Assembly (NCBI GenBank): GCA_964642155.1
Contig: CAZXNT010000004.1
Coordinates: 2,040-66,039, forward strand
Direction of reading: 5' to 3'
From: an uncultured Candidatus Saccharibacteria bacterium
Lineage (GTDB): Bacteria; Patescibacteriota; Minisyncoccia; UBA6257; UBA9933
Length of the DNA: 64,000 nucleotides
Both the position numbers and the translations under genes were made by a program. Below, piece after piece: positions 28,424-38,566 of the stretch; position 1 is the first letter of the stretch, and each line of letters begins with the position of its first letter. The notes beneath the pieces were generated by a model. It saw only the letters and a program-made list of their open reading frames with translations. It did not search any database and was not told the DNA's origin.

Positions 28424-31400
28424 ATGAAAAATTCATTTGAACAACCAACTTTAAAAAATTCAGAAGAACAAGACGTTTGTGAACACGGAAACCCGAAGGG
28501 TTTGTGTGAGGTTTGTGATGAGAAAAATAAAGTAGAAATCAAAAATGAAAAAATAGACTACAGTAATCAACTTCATTTAAAAAAAATATTAGAAAATCCA
28601 CAAGAGCCGATTGATTTTAAAAATTGCGGAGTCCATGAATTTAGAAAAATAATTTTTGGTACAAATTCTCGTTTTAGAGAAAGAGATGGGCGGGCGTTGC
28701 TTAATAGTTTTGGGACCAAAAAAGGGATTACGGAAAACATGATTGCTTTGCTGAATTTTGCCGGAATCGAAAGAGAGTATCTTGATTATAATAATACACT
28801 TCATTTAAAGGAAATATTGGGAAAATCCAAGGAAAATATTAATTTAAATATATGCGGAGTTAAAGAATTTAGAAAAATGGTTTTTGGTACCGGTTCCCGT
28901 TTCAAAGAAATAAATGGATATGTATTGCTTGATAATTTCGGAACCAAAAAACAAGATACGGAAAACATGATTGATTTGCTTAATTTTGCCGGAATAGAAC
29001 ATGAAAATGAAAAAACGGGGGATAAAAAAGAAGAAGTTTTAAAACAATCTCTTGAAAATTTTGTTCAAGAAATATCAAATGCGGAAACTCAAGATAAAAT
29101 GGCAAAAAAAATCCGGGAAATTATGGAACTTCTACCGGAAAATGCCTGTGATATATTGCTTAAATATCATCCGGAATACAAAGGACTTAATATTGGTTAT
29201 GTAAAAAGCGTAATCGCGGATTATTTGGGCGATTTTCTTTTAATCAGGAAACTATGGGAGATTAAGGATGTTGAAATAACAAAAGAACTTTTTTCCGAAG
29301 AACAATTTGCGGAAGCATTATTTTTGAAATTTAAGGATGCTAGCTTCAATTTTTTCCAAAGAGAAAAAAAACTAATCCGGAAATAAAAGAGCATGATTTG
29401 ATAATGAAATATTTTGAGAACGCAGAACTTTTACAAGCGATAATTAAAATTCCCGAACTGCAGAAAACAATAGAAAAACTTAAAGAATATTATGAAGATA
29501 TTTTTAAATGGGCGAATAAGAAACCGGATAATATTGTGGATATTTTAGGAGAAGGGCGAACTTTTCCGGATATTAATCAATTGGTTAATATTAAAGAAAT
29601 TGTTGATAATGGCAAAATGCTTATTGCCGATGAAATGGGATTAGGTAAAAGCGCTTCAGCTATTCTATTTAAAGAATATTTAAAATTAAAGTGCGCTGTT
29701 ATTGTAGTGCCGAGCAATGTTGAAGATGTGTGGAAAAATTATTTGTCGGATAAAATAGGCGACAAAGGGGAACAAAAAGGCTATTTTAAAACAGGTTTAG
29801 CTCCAAAAGTTTTAATAATTGAGAATAAAAAGGATTTAGAAAAATTAAAAACAGAGGTTTTTGATTATATTTTGATTTCTCAGGAAAAAATATCAAGTGA
29901 GCATTATTTAGAAGCGTTGGAAGGCATTGATTTTGACATGTTAATCATAGATGAGGTGCATAAATTGAAAAACATAGAAGAGGGCATCCGTTCAGAAAAT
30001 ACCATAAAATTAGCTAAAAAAATTCAGGGTAAAGATAAATATTTAGCTATGCTTTCTGGCACTCCGATGCCCAATAAGGTAAAGGATTTAGCTATTATTC
30101 TTAAATTGCTTTATCCGGGGAAATATAAAAATATAAACGATAAAGAATTAATTAATCGTATAATTTACGGCGATATGGCTGGTTTGCGGCAGGAACTTTT
30201 TTCACGCATGCAGATGAAGGAAGTTGCTTCCAGTATTGAAATTCCTCCATTTTTACCCGAAGACGTGCGAGTTGAATTATCCAATAAAGAGAAAGAAGTT
30301 TATCAAATTCTTTTAGAAGAAGACGAATTGACTGCTTCGGAAAAATAATTATTCTTCGACAATTTTTACTTAATCCTCAGCTTTTGGGAGTAGAGCCTGG
30401 ATTTGAGGGTTCTAAAGTTAAAAAATTAAGAGAAATTTTAGCTGAAGATTTAAAAATTAAAAATAGAATTATTATTTGGGTGAATAGCTATATCGATGGC
30501 GTAATTCGTCCAGAGATGGAAGAAAGCGGAAAAGTTATAACAGAAGACATTATTAGTAAATTAAAATTGCCCAAAGATATAGTATGGACAATTCACGGCG
30601 AAGACAAAAATAGAAAAAAATATCGTGAAGAATTACAAAAGCGATTTAATAGCGGCGGCGCCGGGAAAATGGTTCTTTTTGTCAGCGGCAATACGGTTGA
30701 TGTCGGCGTGGATTTTTCTGGAGCGGAAGAAATAATTCACTATAATGAACCGTGGAGTAAATATGATAAAAAGCAACAAGATAAGCGCGCTCATAGAGTA
30801 GGATTAAAGAGGCCATTAATTGCGAAAACGCTTATTACTCGCGGAACAATTGAAGAAGGAATTAGAAGATATATTGATGCCAAAGAGAAGGCGATTGAAA
30901 AACTTTTACGTGGCTTGGAAAGGACGGAGGCGGAAAATAAAATGCTCAAAAAAGACGCCAATAGTTGGAAAAAAGATATTGAAGCGGATATAAATCTTGC
31001 GGAAGATTATAATAATGAATCGAAAAAATTAATGCTTCATTTTGGAGCGGGATGGGAAGCGGGTGAAGAATATTTTAAAAATATGCCGGAAGAAGAAAAA
31101 GAAAGTTATGCCAGTTTATATAGAAAAAACAGACGGCTTTCCTATCAAGGGAATAATGCACGTGTCAGTATTTCTTTATTGGAGAAAATGATTGCCGAAC
31201 AAAGAAAAAATAATGTGCGATTAAGAATTTTAGATATTGCTTCTGGTCCGGAGATGTTGAAAAGATGCGCTAGAGAAGATTTGCGCAATCAAATTTATAG
31301 TATGGACATAAATGAAAAGCATTTTGAAGATGTTGTTGATACTAAAAGAATTTTTAGAAAAAGTTATTTAAATTTACCGGTAAGAAGCGGTTCGGCGGAT

Positions 31401-32120
31401 TATTATAATATTGGATTTGCCTTTCATCAAACTAAACCGTTTAGGTTTTATAAAAAAAATTATGAAAAACTTCAAGTTTTATCAGAAATGAATCGGGTTT
31501 TGAAAGTTGGCGGTCGAGCGATAATTAGTGAAATTCATAATGTAGAATTTATAAATCTTAAAAAATTTGAAGAATTAATAGTAAGATTGGGCATGAAGGT
31601 AGTTAAAGAATATAGCGGTGAAGTAAATGGGGGCGAAAATTACAGAGCGCATTTTTTAATTTTGGAAAAAGTGAGAGAAATAGAAGAATATGGAAGTGAT
31701 ACATTTAGATTAAGCGATGAAGAAAAGAAAAATAGAATTAAAAAATTGAGCGATAAACTTGGGAAAGAATTGCTCTCGGGTTTGGAAATAGGAAAGCTTC
31801 CTAAGGGAGTAAGCCATCTTAACGATCAACGACGCATGATTAATAATTTTGAATTAAATGGCAAAAATATTCAAGTAGTTTTTATAGAAGAAGACAGGAA
31901 ATTATTTGTAGAAGAAAAGAAATCTATTCAAGACGGCGAAGCGCTTAAGAAAAAATTTGGCGGAAGAATTGATGATATACCATTATTTGAAATACATAAG
32001 ATTGGTTTTAAAAGAAAATTAAAGAATCCTAATTTAATGTATAGAATTATTGAAAATGGCGGAGTAATTGTGATTAGGGGTGATAAGAAAAAAAGGAATT
32101 ATTCTAAAAGAAATGAATGA
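28424..32120 (+). pseudogene. Frameshifted SNF2 helicase + class I SAM methyltransferase fusion (ORFs 28424-29386, 29398-30348, 30384-32120)
   Basis: ADEMGLGKS, IIDEVH and LSGTPMPN in ORF2; GVDFSGA..YNEPW..QQDKRAHRVG and ILDIASGP in ORF3; adding one A in each of the runs at ~29364-29371 and ~30341-30345 gives one continuous frame. Confidence 0.8.
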
Positions 32121-32833
32121 AATCAAGCGATGTTAAAAAAGCTTTACGAAAAGTGGCGGATAAAAAGAAAGCGATAATTCTCGCGAGGTTTTTTAAAACC
32201 GGAAAAGACGATTACGGCGAGGGCGATGTTTTTATCGGCGTTGTTGTTCCGCGACAAAGGAAAATCGCCGCAAAATTCGCCGAGCTTCCGCTTAAAGAAA
32301 TTAAAAAACTTTTAAAAAGCAAAATTCACGAGGAGCGTCTCACGGGATTGATTATTCTGGTTAACCAATACAAAGCAAGCTTAAAAGCTGACAAGCTGAA
32401 AAGTTTACAAGACGAAATTTTCCGTTTTTATGTAAAAAATATTTCTAGCGTCAATAATTGGGATTTGGTTGATTTATCCTGCCGCGATATTATCGGCGAA
32501 CATTTAATTTTATGGTCGCGAAAAATTCTTTATCAATTCGCAAAATCGCGGAATATGTGGAAACGCAGAATCGCGATTGTTTCCACTTGGGCGTTTATTC
32601 GTAGAAATGATTTTAAAGATACTTTGTGGCTTGCAGAAATTTTTTTTAATGATAAGCACGATTTAATCCATAAAGCGGCTGGTTGGATGCTTCGCGAGGT
32701 TGGCAAAAAAAATGAATGCATTTTACGGCAGTTTCTTGATAAAAACGCCTCAAAAATGCCGCGCGTGATGTTGCGTTACAGTATTGAACGCTTGCCGGAA
32801 GATATTCGGGGAAAATACTTGCGTATGATATAA
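32117..32833 (+). CDS. DNA alkylation repair protein (AlkD-like HEAT-repeat glycosylase)
   Basis: FFKTGK..YGEGD.FIGV.VP, NNWDLVD and HDLIHKAAGWMLREVGK motifs. Confidence 0.9.
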   Translation: MKSSDVKKALRKVADKKKAIILARFFKTGKDDYGEGDVFIGVVVPRQRKIAAKFAELPLKEIKKLLKSKIHEERLTGLIILVNQYKASLKADKLKSLQDEIFRFYVKNISSVNNWDLVDLSCRDIIGEHLILWSRKILYQFAKSRNMWKRRIAIVSTWAFIRRNDFKDTLWLAEIFFNDKHDLIHKAAGWMLREVGKKNECILRQFLDKNASKMPRVMLRYSIERLPEDIRGKYLRMI

Positions 32834-32840
32834 TATCCAG

Positions 32841-33137
32841 ATGGTTAAAAACATAAGCGCGGAAGAATTGTGCGAATCTATTAAAACTAAAAAAGACGGT
32901 ATTGAGATGATAGATGTTCGTCAGCCGGAAGAATACGCGGAATCGCATATTGAAAGAGCAAAATTGATTCCCTTGGGCGAATTATCGGAACGAATAAATG
33001 AAATAAATTGGAATAGGGAAGTTGTTTTTATGTGCCGAAGCGGAGTCAGAAGCGCTATGGCAGCCAATATCGCGGCCTCATTGGGCAAAGATGTTAGTAA
33101 TCTTGAAGGCGGAATTTTAGCTTGGCAAAAATTATGA
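32841..33137 (+). CDS. Rhodanese-like domain protein
   Basis: IDVRQPEEY..HI, CRSGVRS and LEGGILAW motifs. Confidence 0.92.
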   Translation: MVKNISAEELCESIKTKKDGIEMIDVRQPEEYAESHIERAKLIPLGELSERINEINWNREVVFMCRSGVRSAMAANIAASLGKDVSNLEGGILAWQKL

Positions 33138-33155
33138 TAATATAGTATAATTATT

Positions 33156-33752
33156 ATGAATATGTTTGGAATCCAATTTAATCTTAAAAAATTCGGTATC
33201 GGACTGGCGATTATTATTGTCTTTAATTTATTTGTTAATTACGGCATTAATACTTTTTATAAATTGCCGAAGTACGAGGATTTTTGTAATCCTGAAAGGT
33301 TAAAGCAATCTTTAAACACAAGAGAAAGCTGTGAAGTTGTCGGCGGATTATGGACGGAGAACGTCGGTTATGAAACAAAGCGCCTTTACGCGCCGGCTTC
33401 TGAATTAACGCCTGCGGAAAAACCGATTCCAGTGGTGGAAATTCAAAATCAACAGCTGTCCGGCTGGTGCGACCAAGATTTCTCTTGTAGAAAAGATTTT
33501 GAGAAAATTGATAATATTTATCGGAGGAATGTTTTTGTGGTGTGGGTTGTTGTCGGCATAGCGGCAATTGTCGCGAGTTTCTTCATAGGCGCCGTTCAAA
33601 TGCTTTCCACGAGTTTTATGTTTTCCGGACTTTTGGCTTTAATTATTGGCACGATTCAATATTGGTCCGCAATGCAGGATTATCTAAGATTTATAATTTT
33701 GGGCATTGCGCTTGGTATTTTGATTTATTTGGCGTATAAAAAGTTAAAGTAA
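33156..33752 (+). CDS. Hypothetical membrane protein
   Basis: One N-terminal and three C-terminal TM helices around a Cys-containing loop. Confidence 0.7.
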   Translation: MNMFGIQFNLKKFGIGLAIIIVFNLFVNYGINTFYKLPKYEDFCNPERLKQSLNTRESCEVVGGLWTENVGYETKRLYAPASELTPAEKPIPVVEIQNQQLSGWCDQDFSCRKDFEKIDNIYRRNVFVVWVVVGIAAIVASFFIGAVQMLSTSFMFSGLLALIIGTIQYWSAMQDYLRFIILGIALGILIYLAYKKLK

Positions 33753-33767
33753 AGGTCGGTGAAGTAA

Positions 33768-33846
33768 TCGCTAATAATGCGAATCAATTTTAAATAATGC
33801 TAATAAACTATTCGCATTATTTGCTAAAAATTAGCATTATTCGCGA
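33768..33846. repeat. AATAATGCGAAT-type palindromic element
   Basis: Imperfect inverted repeat; its right half matches 46125-46161 in reverse complement. Confidence 0.7.
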
Positions 33847-33854
33847 ACACTATT

Positions 33855-34106
33855 ATGAAGGAAGAAAAACCAATCGGCAAAATCACTCATTATTATGACC
33901 ATATCGGCGTGGCGATTATCAAATTCAATAAAGCGGTTAAAAAAGGGGAAATGATTACTATTAGGGGCGCTCACACGGATTTTACCCAAAAGATTGATTC
34001 AATACAGTATGACCATAAAGATATAAATGAAGCGAAAAAGGGGCAGGAAGTAGGAATCAAGGTGAAAGAAAAAGTTCATGATACTGATAAAATTTACGCC
34101 GCTTAA
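33855..34106 (+). CDS. Translation elongation factor-like beta-barrel protein (U32 peptidase C-terminal-like)
   Basis: IGKITHYYDHIGVA..TDFTQKIDSIQ..AKKGQEVGIKV. Confidence 0.75.
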   Translation: MKEEKPIGKITHYYDHIGVAIIKFNKAVKKGEMITIRGAHTDFTQKIDSIQYDHKDINEAKKGQEVGIKVKEKVHDTDKIYAA

Positions 34107-34119
34107 TATAATTTAAAAT

Positions 34120-34917
34120 ATGGAAAAAATTAAAAATTATTTAAATATCGCGATTATTATCGTTTTGTTTATTTTTGCTTTCTCGGCGATGTCGTATGTG
34201 GGCAGTTATTCAAAATCAATTCAACCGTCGTCTTTCAGAAGTTTTTCAGCCAACGGCGAGGGAAAAATTACGGCGATTCCGGATATTGCCCAGTTTACTT
34301 TTAGCGTGATAACGGAGGGTGACAAGGGTATTGCCGGATTGCAAAAAGAAAATATCAATAAGATAAATAAGATAATCAGTTTTATAAAATCAAATGGGGT
34401 TGAAGATAAAGATATTAAAACTCTAAATTACAATTTAGAGCCGCGATATCAACGATATGGTTGTGGTCTTTATGAACAATACCAAGCGGAAAAAAGTGGA
34501 GAACTAAATCCGTGTCCGCCGGCCGAAATTGTCGGCTATACGATTACTCAAACGGTTTCCGTAAAAATAAGGAATTTTGAAAAGATAGGGGATATTATGG
34601 CGGGAGTCGTTCAAAATGGCGCCAATTCTGTTTCGCAATTGTCTTTTGCGATAGACGACCCGTCTTCCATTCAAGATAAAGCGCGGGAGGAAGCGATTGG
34701 AAAAGCCAAGGCGCGGGCGAAATTGATTGCCAAAGCGGGCGGATTTGATGTCGGGAAATTGCTTTCAATTGATGAAAATAATTATCCTGTTCCGGTTTAT
34801 GGATATGGTATTGGCGGCGGAATGGAAAAATCAGTGGCATTGTCGGCATCGCCGCAAATAGAACCCGGTTCTCAAGAAATCACGGTAAATGTGATTTTGC
34901 GGTATGAGATAGAATAA
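34120..34917 (+). CDS. SIMPL (DUF541) domain protein
   Basis: GEGKITAIPDIAQFTFSV, GANSVSQLSFAIDD and IEPGSQEI motifs. Confidence 0.9.
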   Translation: MEKIKNYLNIAIIIVLFIFAFSAMSYVGSYSKSIQPSSFRSFSANGEGKITAIPDIAQFTFSVITEGDKGIAGLQKENINKINKIISFIKSNGVEDKDIKTLNYNLEPRYQRYGCGLYEQYQAEKSGELNPCPPAEIVGYTITQTVSVKIRNFEKIGDIMAGVVQNGANSVSQLSFAIDDPSSIQDKAREEAIGKAKARAKLIAKAGGFDVGKLLSIDENNYPVPVYGYGIGGGMEKSVALSASPQIEPGSQEITVNVILRYEIE

Positions 34918-34924
34918 CGCCATC

Positions 34925-35016
34925 AGCAAGAAAGAAATATTTTCTTCAACCCGCTCACACCCCGCTAAGCGGGGCTGCGCTTCCGTTTAGGTTTCAGAAA
35001 AATATTTTTTCTTGCT
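34925..35016. repeat. TIR-bounded element containing a CCCCGCTAAGCGGGG hairpin
   Basis: AGCAAGAAAGAAATATTTTCT ... AGAAAAATATTTTTTCTTGCT. Confidence 0.65.
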
Positions 35017-35072
35017 TTTTAATATGAGGTTAGTGGCGAGAAAAGATTTTTTTTGATATAATATTATTGTTT

Positions 35073-35759
35073 ATGCAAATACTTTCAGTTAAAAATCTTA
35101 GTATTGAAATTAACAGAATTAAAATTCTTGAAGATATTAATTTTGAAATCAATAAGGGAGACGTGCTGGCGATTATCGGACCGAATGGAGCCGGTAAAAC
35201 AATACTTTTAAGAGCATTGCTTGATTTGGGGGATTATAGCGGTGAAATTAAGTGGGTTCCGGAAATTAAAGTCGGTTATGTTCCGCAAAGAATGGATATT
35301 GAAACCGATATTCCGCTTACGGTAAGGGAATTTTTTTATTTGCGCGATGCGGAAATAAACGAAGTAAAAATCAAAGAAGCGCTTGCTTTTGTCCATCTTG
35401 ACGAAAAAATTTTAAATTCCGGATTTGGCGAAATTTCCGTTGGTCAAAGACAGCGCGTTTTGGTTGCTTGGGCGGTTGTTGCTAAACCCGATGTTTTGCT
35501 TTTTGACGAACCAACAGCGGATGTGGATATCGTCGGCCAGAAATCAATTTACGAGATGCTTCATAAATTGCAACACGATTTGAATCTCACCGTAATTTTA
35601 GTTTCGCACGACCTTAATATTGTTTATAAATACGCCGATAAAGTCATCTGTCTTAATAAGAAAAAAATTTGCGAAGGCACGCCGAATGAAATATTAAATA
35701 CCGAAAGACTGCTTGAAATTTACGGAGGGGAAAAAGCCTTTTATCATCATCAGCACTAA
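35073..35759 (+). CDS. Zn/Mn ABC transporter ATP-binding protein (ZnuC-like)
   Basis: GPNGAGKT, GYVPQ, DEPT and VSHDL motifs; His-rich C-terminus. Confidence 0.9.
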   Translation: MQILSVKNLSIEINRIKILEDINFEINKGDVLAIIGPNGAGKTILLRALLDLGDYSGEIKWVPEIKVGYVPQRMDIETDIPLTVREFFYLRDAEINEVKIKEALAFVHLDEKILNSGFGEISVGQRQRVLVAWAVVAKPDVLLFDEPTADVDIVGQKSIYEMLHKLQHDLNLTVILVSHDLNIVYKYADKVICLNKKKICEGTPNEILNTERLLEIYGGEKAFYHHQH

Positions 35760-35911
35760 ATCCCTCACCCTTTAAAGATTTAAAATAATAAAATTTGAAG
35801 AGCGAGAGATTTATGTAAAAAATAAAATCTATAAAATAACATAATAACTTTAATAAATTATTTGTAAATTTCTTATGAAATTTACAAATAGATCTTTAAA
35901 GGGTGAGGGAT
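35760..35911. mobile_element. 152-bp MITE-like element with perfect 20-bp TIR
   Basis: ATCCCTCACCCTTTAAAGAT / ATCTTTAAAGGGTGAGGGAT; internal IR 35859-35890. Confidence 0.8.
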
Positions 35912-36683
35912 GGATATAAATTTATTACAACCTATTTTAACAGCCGCTTTTGTCGCCGCCGCCGCGAGTTTAGTCGGTTCTTTCGCGATTTTAAAAAGAA
36001 TGGCTTTAGTCGGCGACGCTATGAGTCATGTCGCTTTGCCGGGGATAGCCATTGCCTTGCTTCTTAATCTTAATCCGTTTTTAGGAGCTATTGTTTTTTT
36101 AGCCGTGGCGATTGTCGGAATTTGGTTTATTCAATATCGCAGTAATTTGTCAATTGAGACGACTGTGGGCGTGTTTTTTACCGCTAGTTTGGCATTGGGA
36201 GCGTTAATCGCGCCGGAACACGAGCTTTTAGAGGCCTTATTGGGCAATATCACTGATTTAAGCTGGCAGGAATCTTTAGTCTCAATTATTTTATCCATTG
36301 TTTTAATTGCCGTTATTTTACGGTTAAGAAAAAAATTAGCGCTTAGCATGGTTTCATCGGAAATGGCTCATTCTATCGGCATAAAAAATAAGAGACTGGA
36401 ATTTATTTATTTGATGATTTTTGCCTTGGTGGTTTCTTTGGGCATACGTTTTGTCGGCGCTCTTTTAATGGGTTCGCTGGTTATTATCCCGGCTGCTTCG
36501 GCGAAAAATATCGCTAAGAGTTTAAATTATTTTATGGGATTAAGCGTGATTTTCGGAGTTTTGGCGGCTGCGGCGGGAATTTATTTTTCATCAATCTATA
36601 ATCTTACACCCGGTCCCATTTTTATAATTATCAGCGTCGCTATTTTTATTGTTTCTTTGGTAATAAGAGGCAGTCGTAGATAA
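35910..36683 (+). CDS. Zn/Mn ABC transporter permease (ZnuB-like)
   Basis: RMALVGDAMSHVALPG and VGALLMGSLVIIPAASA motifs. Confidence 0.9.
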   Translation: MDINLLQPILTAAFVAAAASLVGSFAILKRMALVGDAMSHVALPGIAIALLLNLNPFLGAIVFLAVAIVGIWFIQYRSNLSIETTVGVFFTASLALGALIAPEHELLEALLGNITDLSWQESLVSIILSIVLIAVILRLRKKLALSMVSSEMAHSIGIKNKRLEFIYLMIFALVVSLGIRFVGALLMGSLVIIPAASAKNIAKSLNYFMGLSVIFGVLAAAAGIYFSSIYNLTPGPIFIIISVAIFIVSLVIRGSRR

Positions 36684-36740
36684 ATCCAATATAAAACCAC
36701 TCTTTAAAGATGGGTTTTGCGCCATTATTAAAATACATCC

Positions 36741-36780
36741 CAGTAAATTTTTCAATGAAAAATGATTGAAAAATTTACTG
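36741..36780. repeat. 16-bp perfect inverted repeat
   Basis: CAGTAAATTTTTCAAT-N8-ATTGAAAAATTTACTG. Confidence 0.65.
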
Positions 36781-37133
36781 CTTTAGCGATAAATTCTTTT
36801 ATTAAAATTTAAGAAAAAAGAAAGACGCCGTACCCGAAGGTCGTGCGCCTGATGACTAGAGAGAAGAGAAAGAAACATGTTAGATTGGCTCGAAGACATA
36901 GGTCGGTGCTCGCTGACTGAAGCAACAGCCTCCAGTCATTGAGTCTTTGAAGAGCATACGCCACCTCTCTTTGCTCGGGTCGCTGTGTCGAATCAACGCG
37001 AACTCGGTTGTCTCTCCGGGATAGAGCTTGAGACTTTCGATCTCAATCTCCTGTGTAGGCTGATGCCCGCCAGTCCCGACGCGACAAACGATGGCTTCGT
37101 CGATCACTTCTCCATTTTCGAGGATTTTAACTT

Positions 37134-37499
37134 TTATTCCTTTACCGAAACCATTATCACGGAAATAAGAGGTTTATCTAATTGCCACCAAACTACAATC
37201 GCAGATAAAGCGGCGATCAAAATAGCAGTGTCGCTTTTTGTTATATTTTTTGTTCCATACTTTAGTGAGAATAAAAAGACGGCAATAACAAAAAGTGTTC
37301 CAACTGTTAAATTAAGCGCACCCCAACCACCGCCACCATACCAAATCCCCAAAACCGCAGTTCCTTGAGTGATTGCCCATATTAGCCAAGTATAGGCGTG
37401 CGGTTTGGTTTTTAATAAAAAAGTATCTCTCAAATACGGAAAGAAGGCGGCAACTCCGATAATCGTGGCAATTATGGTAAGAATTATTTTTGTATCCAT
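37134..37499 (-). CDS. Membrane protein, probably C-terminally truncated
   Basis: PYLRDT..KTKPHAYTWLIW pattern; ends abruptly next to a GC-richer foreign-looking tract. Confidence 0.55.
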   Translation of the reverse strand: MDTKIILTIIATIIGVAAFFPYLRDTFLLKTKPHAYTWLIWAITQGTAVLGIWYGGGGWGALNLTVGTLFVIAVFLFSLKYGTKNITKSDTAILIAALSAIVVWWQLDKPLISVIMVSVKE

Positions 37500-37501
37500 A
37501 A

Positions 37502-37822
37502 TTAATTTTCTATTGGATAAATATCAAAAGCAACTTCCTCGTATGGATGGATTGCTTTTACTTTTTCAATAACGTTTTTCAAAATTTCTCGTGGCACAAT
37601 TACTTCAATTCTTTCTTCTTCGACAGCTTCGTGTTTTCCGGATTCACCAATAGTGGGGTTTGTTTTTTCATTTCCACGAAAACGGCCAGTGCCGCGAGAA
37701 GAAAAAGAGCAAAAGTCATAGTTTCCAATTTTGCCAGCTCCGACTTCGCCAAGAGCTTGACGCACCGCGTCAGCGTGAAAAATCGGGACAAAGATAACAA
37801 TTTTTACATTTTTAGTTTCCAT
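37502..37822 (-). CDS. NIF3/YqfO-like PII-fold protein
   Basis: GAGKIGNYDFCSF, GTGRF and HPYEEVAFDIY motifs. Confidence 0.88.
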   Translation of the reverse strand: METKNVKIVIFVPIFHADAVRQALGEVGAGKIGNYDFCSFSSRGTGRFRGNEKTNPTIGESGKHEAVEEERIEVIVPREILKNVIEKVKAIHPYEEVAFDIYPIEN

Positions 37823-37937
37823 ACTTATTTCAAAAACTTGTCCATTGAGATACCAGTTTTCTTTTCCAAGTCTTTTCCGGTGGCCTCTATTTCCTCGTCA
37901 TTCATTTTTCTTTCATTGATTCCATGTTCGTAAATAA

Positions 37938-37995
37938 TTACTTCAATAGCTCATCAACCGAAACATCAAGCGCATTGGCGATTTTTTTCAAATCG
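37938..37995 (-). pseudogene. C-terminal remnant of an XRE HTH gene
   Basis: Minus strand reads LKKIANALDVSVDELLK*; truncated next to the IR end at 38018. Confidence 0.55.
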
Positions 37996-38017
37996 TATTT
38001 AATATAACTTTTATTAT

Positions 38018-38280
38018 GTGCTGTAATTATACACTTTGCGCGAACCTTTTTCGAGCGGAAAGACCAATGACTTCGCACGCTCCGCGTGAGTGGTGGCTCT
38101 GACCAAAATCGTACGCGCGGAGCGCGTGGTGAAGCGAACTCTGCGCGCCTCGTCCGCTCCCTTCGGTCGCGGGAGCAAAAACCAAAAATTTTCCTTCCTT
38201 TCTTTTAGATTCTCGGCGGGGGGTGTGGGGGGAGCCGACAAAAAATGGAAAGGAAATTTTTGGTTTTGCTTCGCCACTAC
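38018..38280. repeat. IR-X left arm (~263 bp)
   Basis: Near-perfect reverse complement of 40616-40878. Confidence 0.92.
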
Positions 38281-38566
38281 AGACTACGAAATGAACTAAT
38301 TCTATTTTATCACTTTAGGTGATACCTTGTCGCTCATTTCTCCGTCCTTGCGGCGAGACGAGGTGCCTCCTCTAGGTGTTTGGTGGATTTATCTGCTCTT
38401 GTAAAAGCGGAGGTCAGGCTTCCACAGAAGAGTTTTATCGCCGTTCTGTTGGTGTGTTGATGCCTGACCTCAATAGACTTTCTCCTTTTCATTATTAACG
38501 TAATCATTTGAAATATGACCCCCGTATGAGATGCTCCCCTCGCTCACCAAAATAAATAACGGCTTC

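Noticed and set aside
36880-37368. ORFs 36880-37107 (-) and 36985-37368 (+)
   Set aside because: No recognisable motifs. The GC-richer tract may be a foreign fragment, but a gene call cannot be supported.
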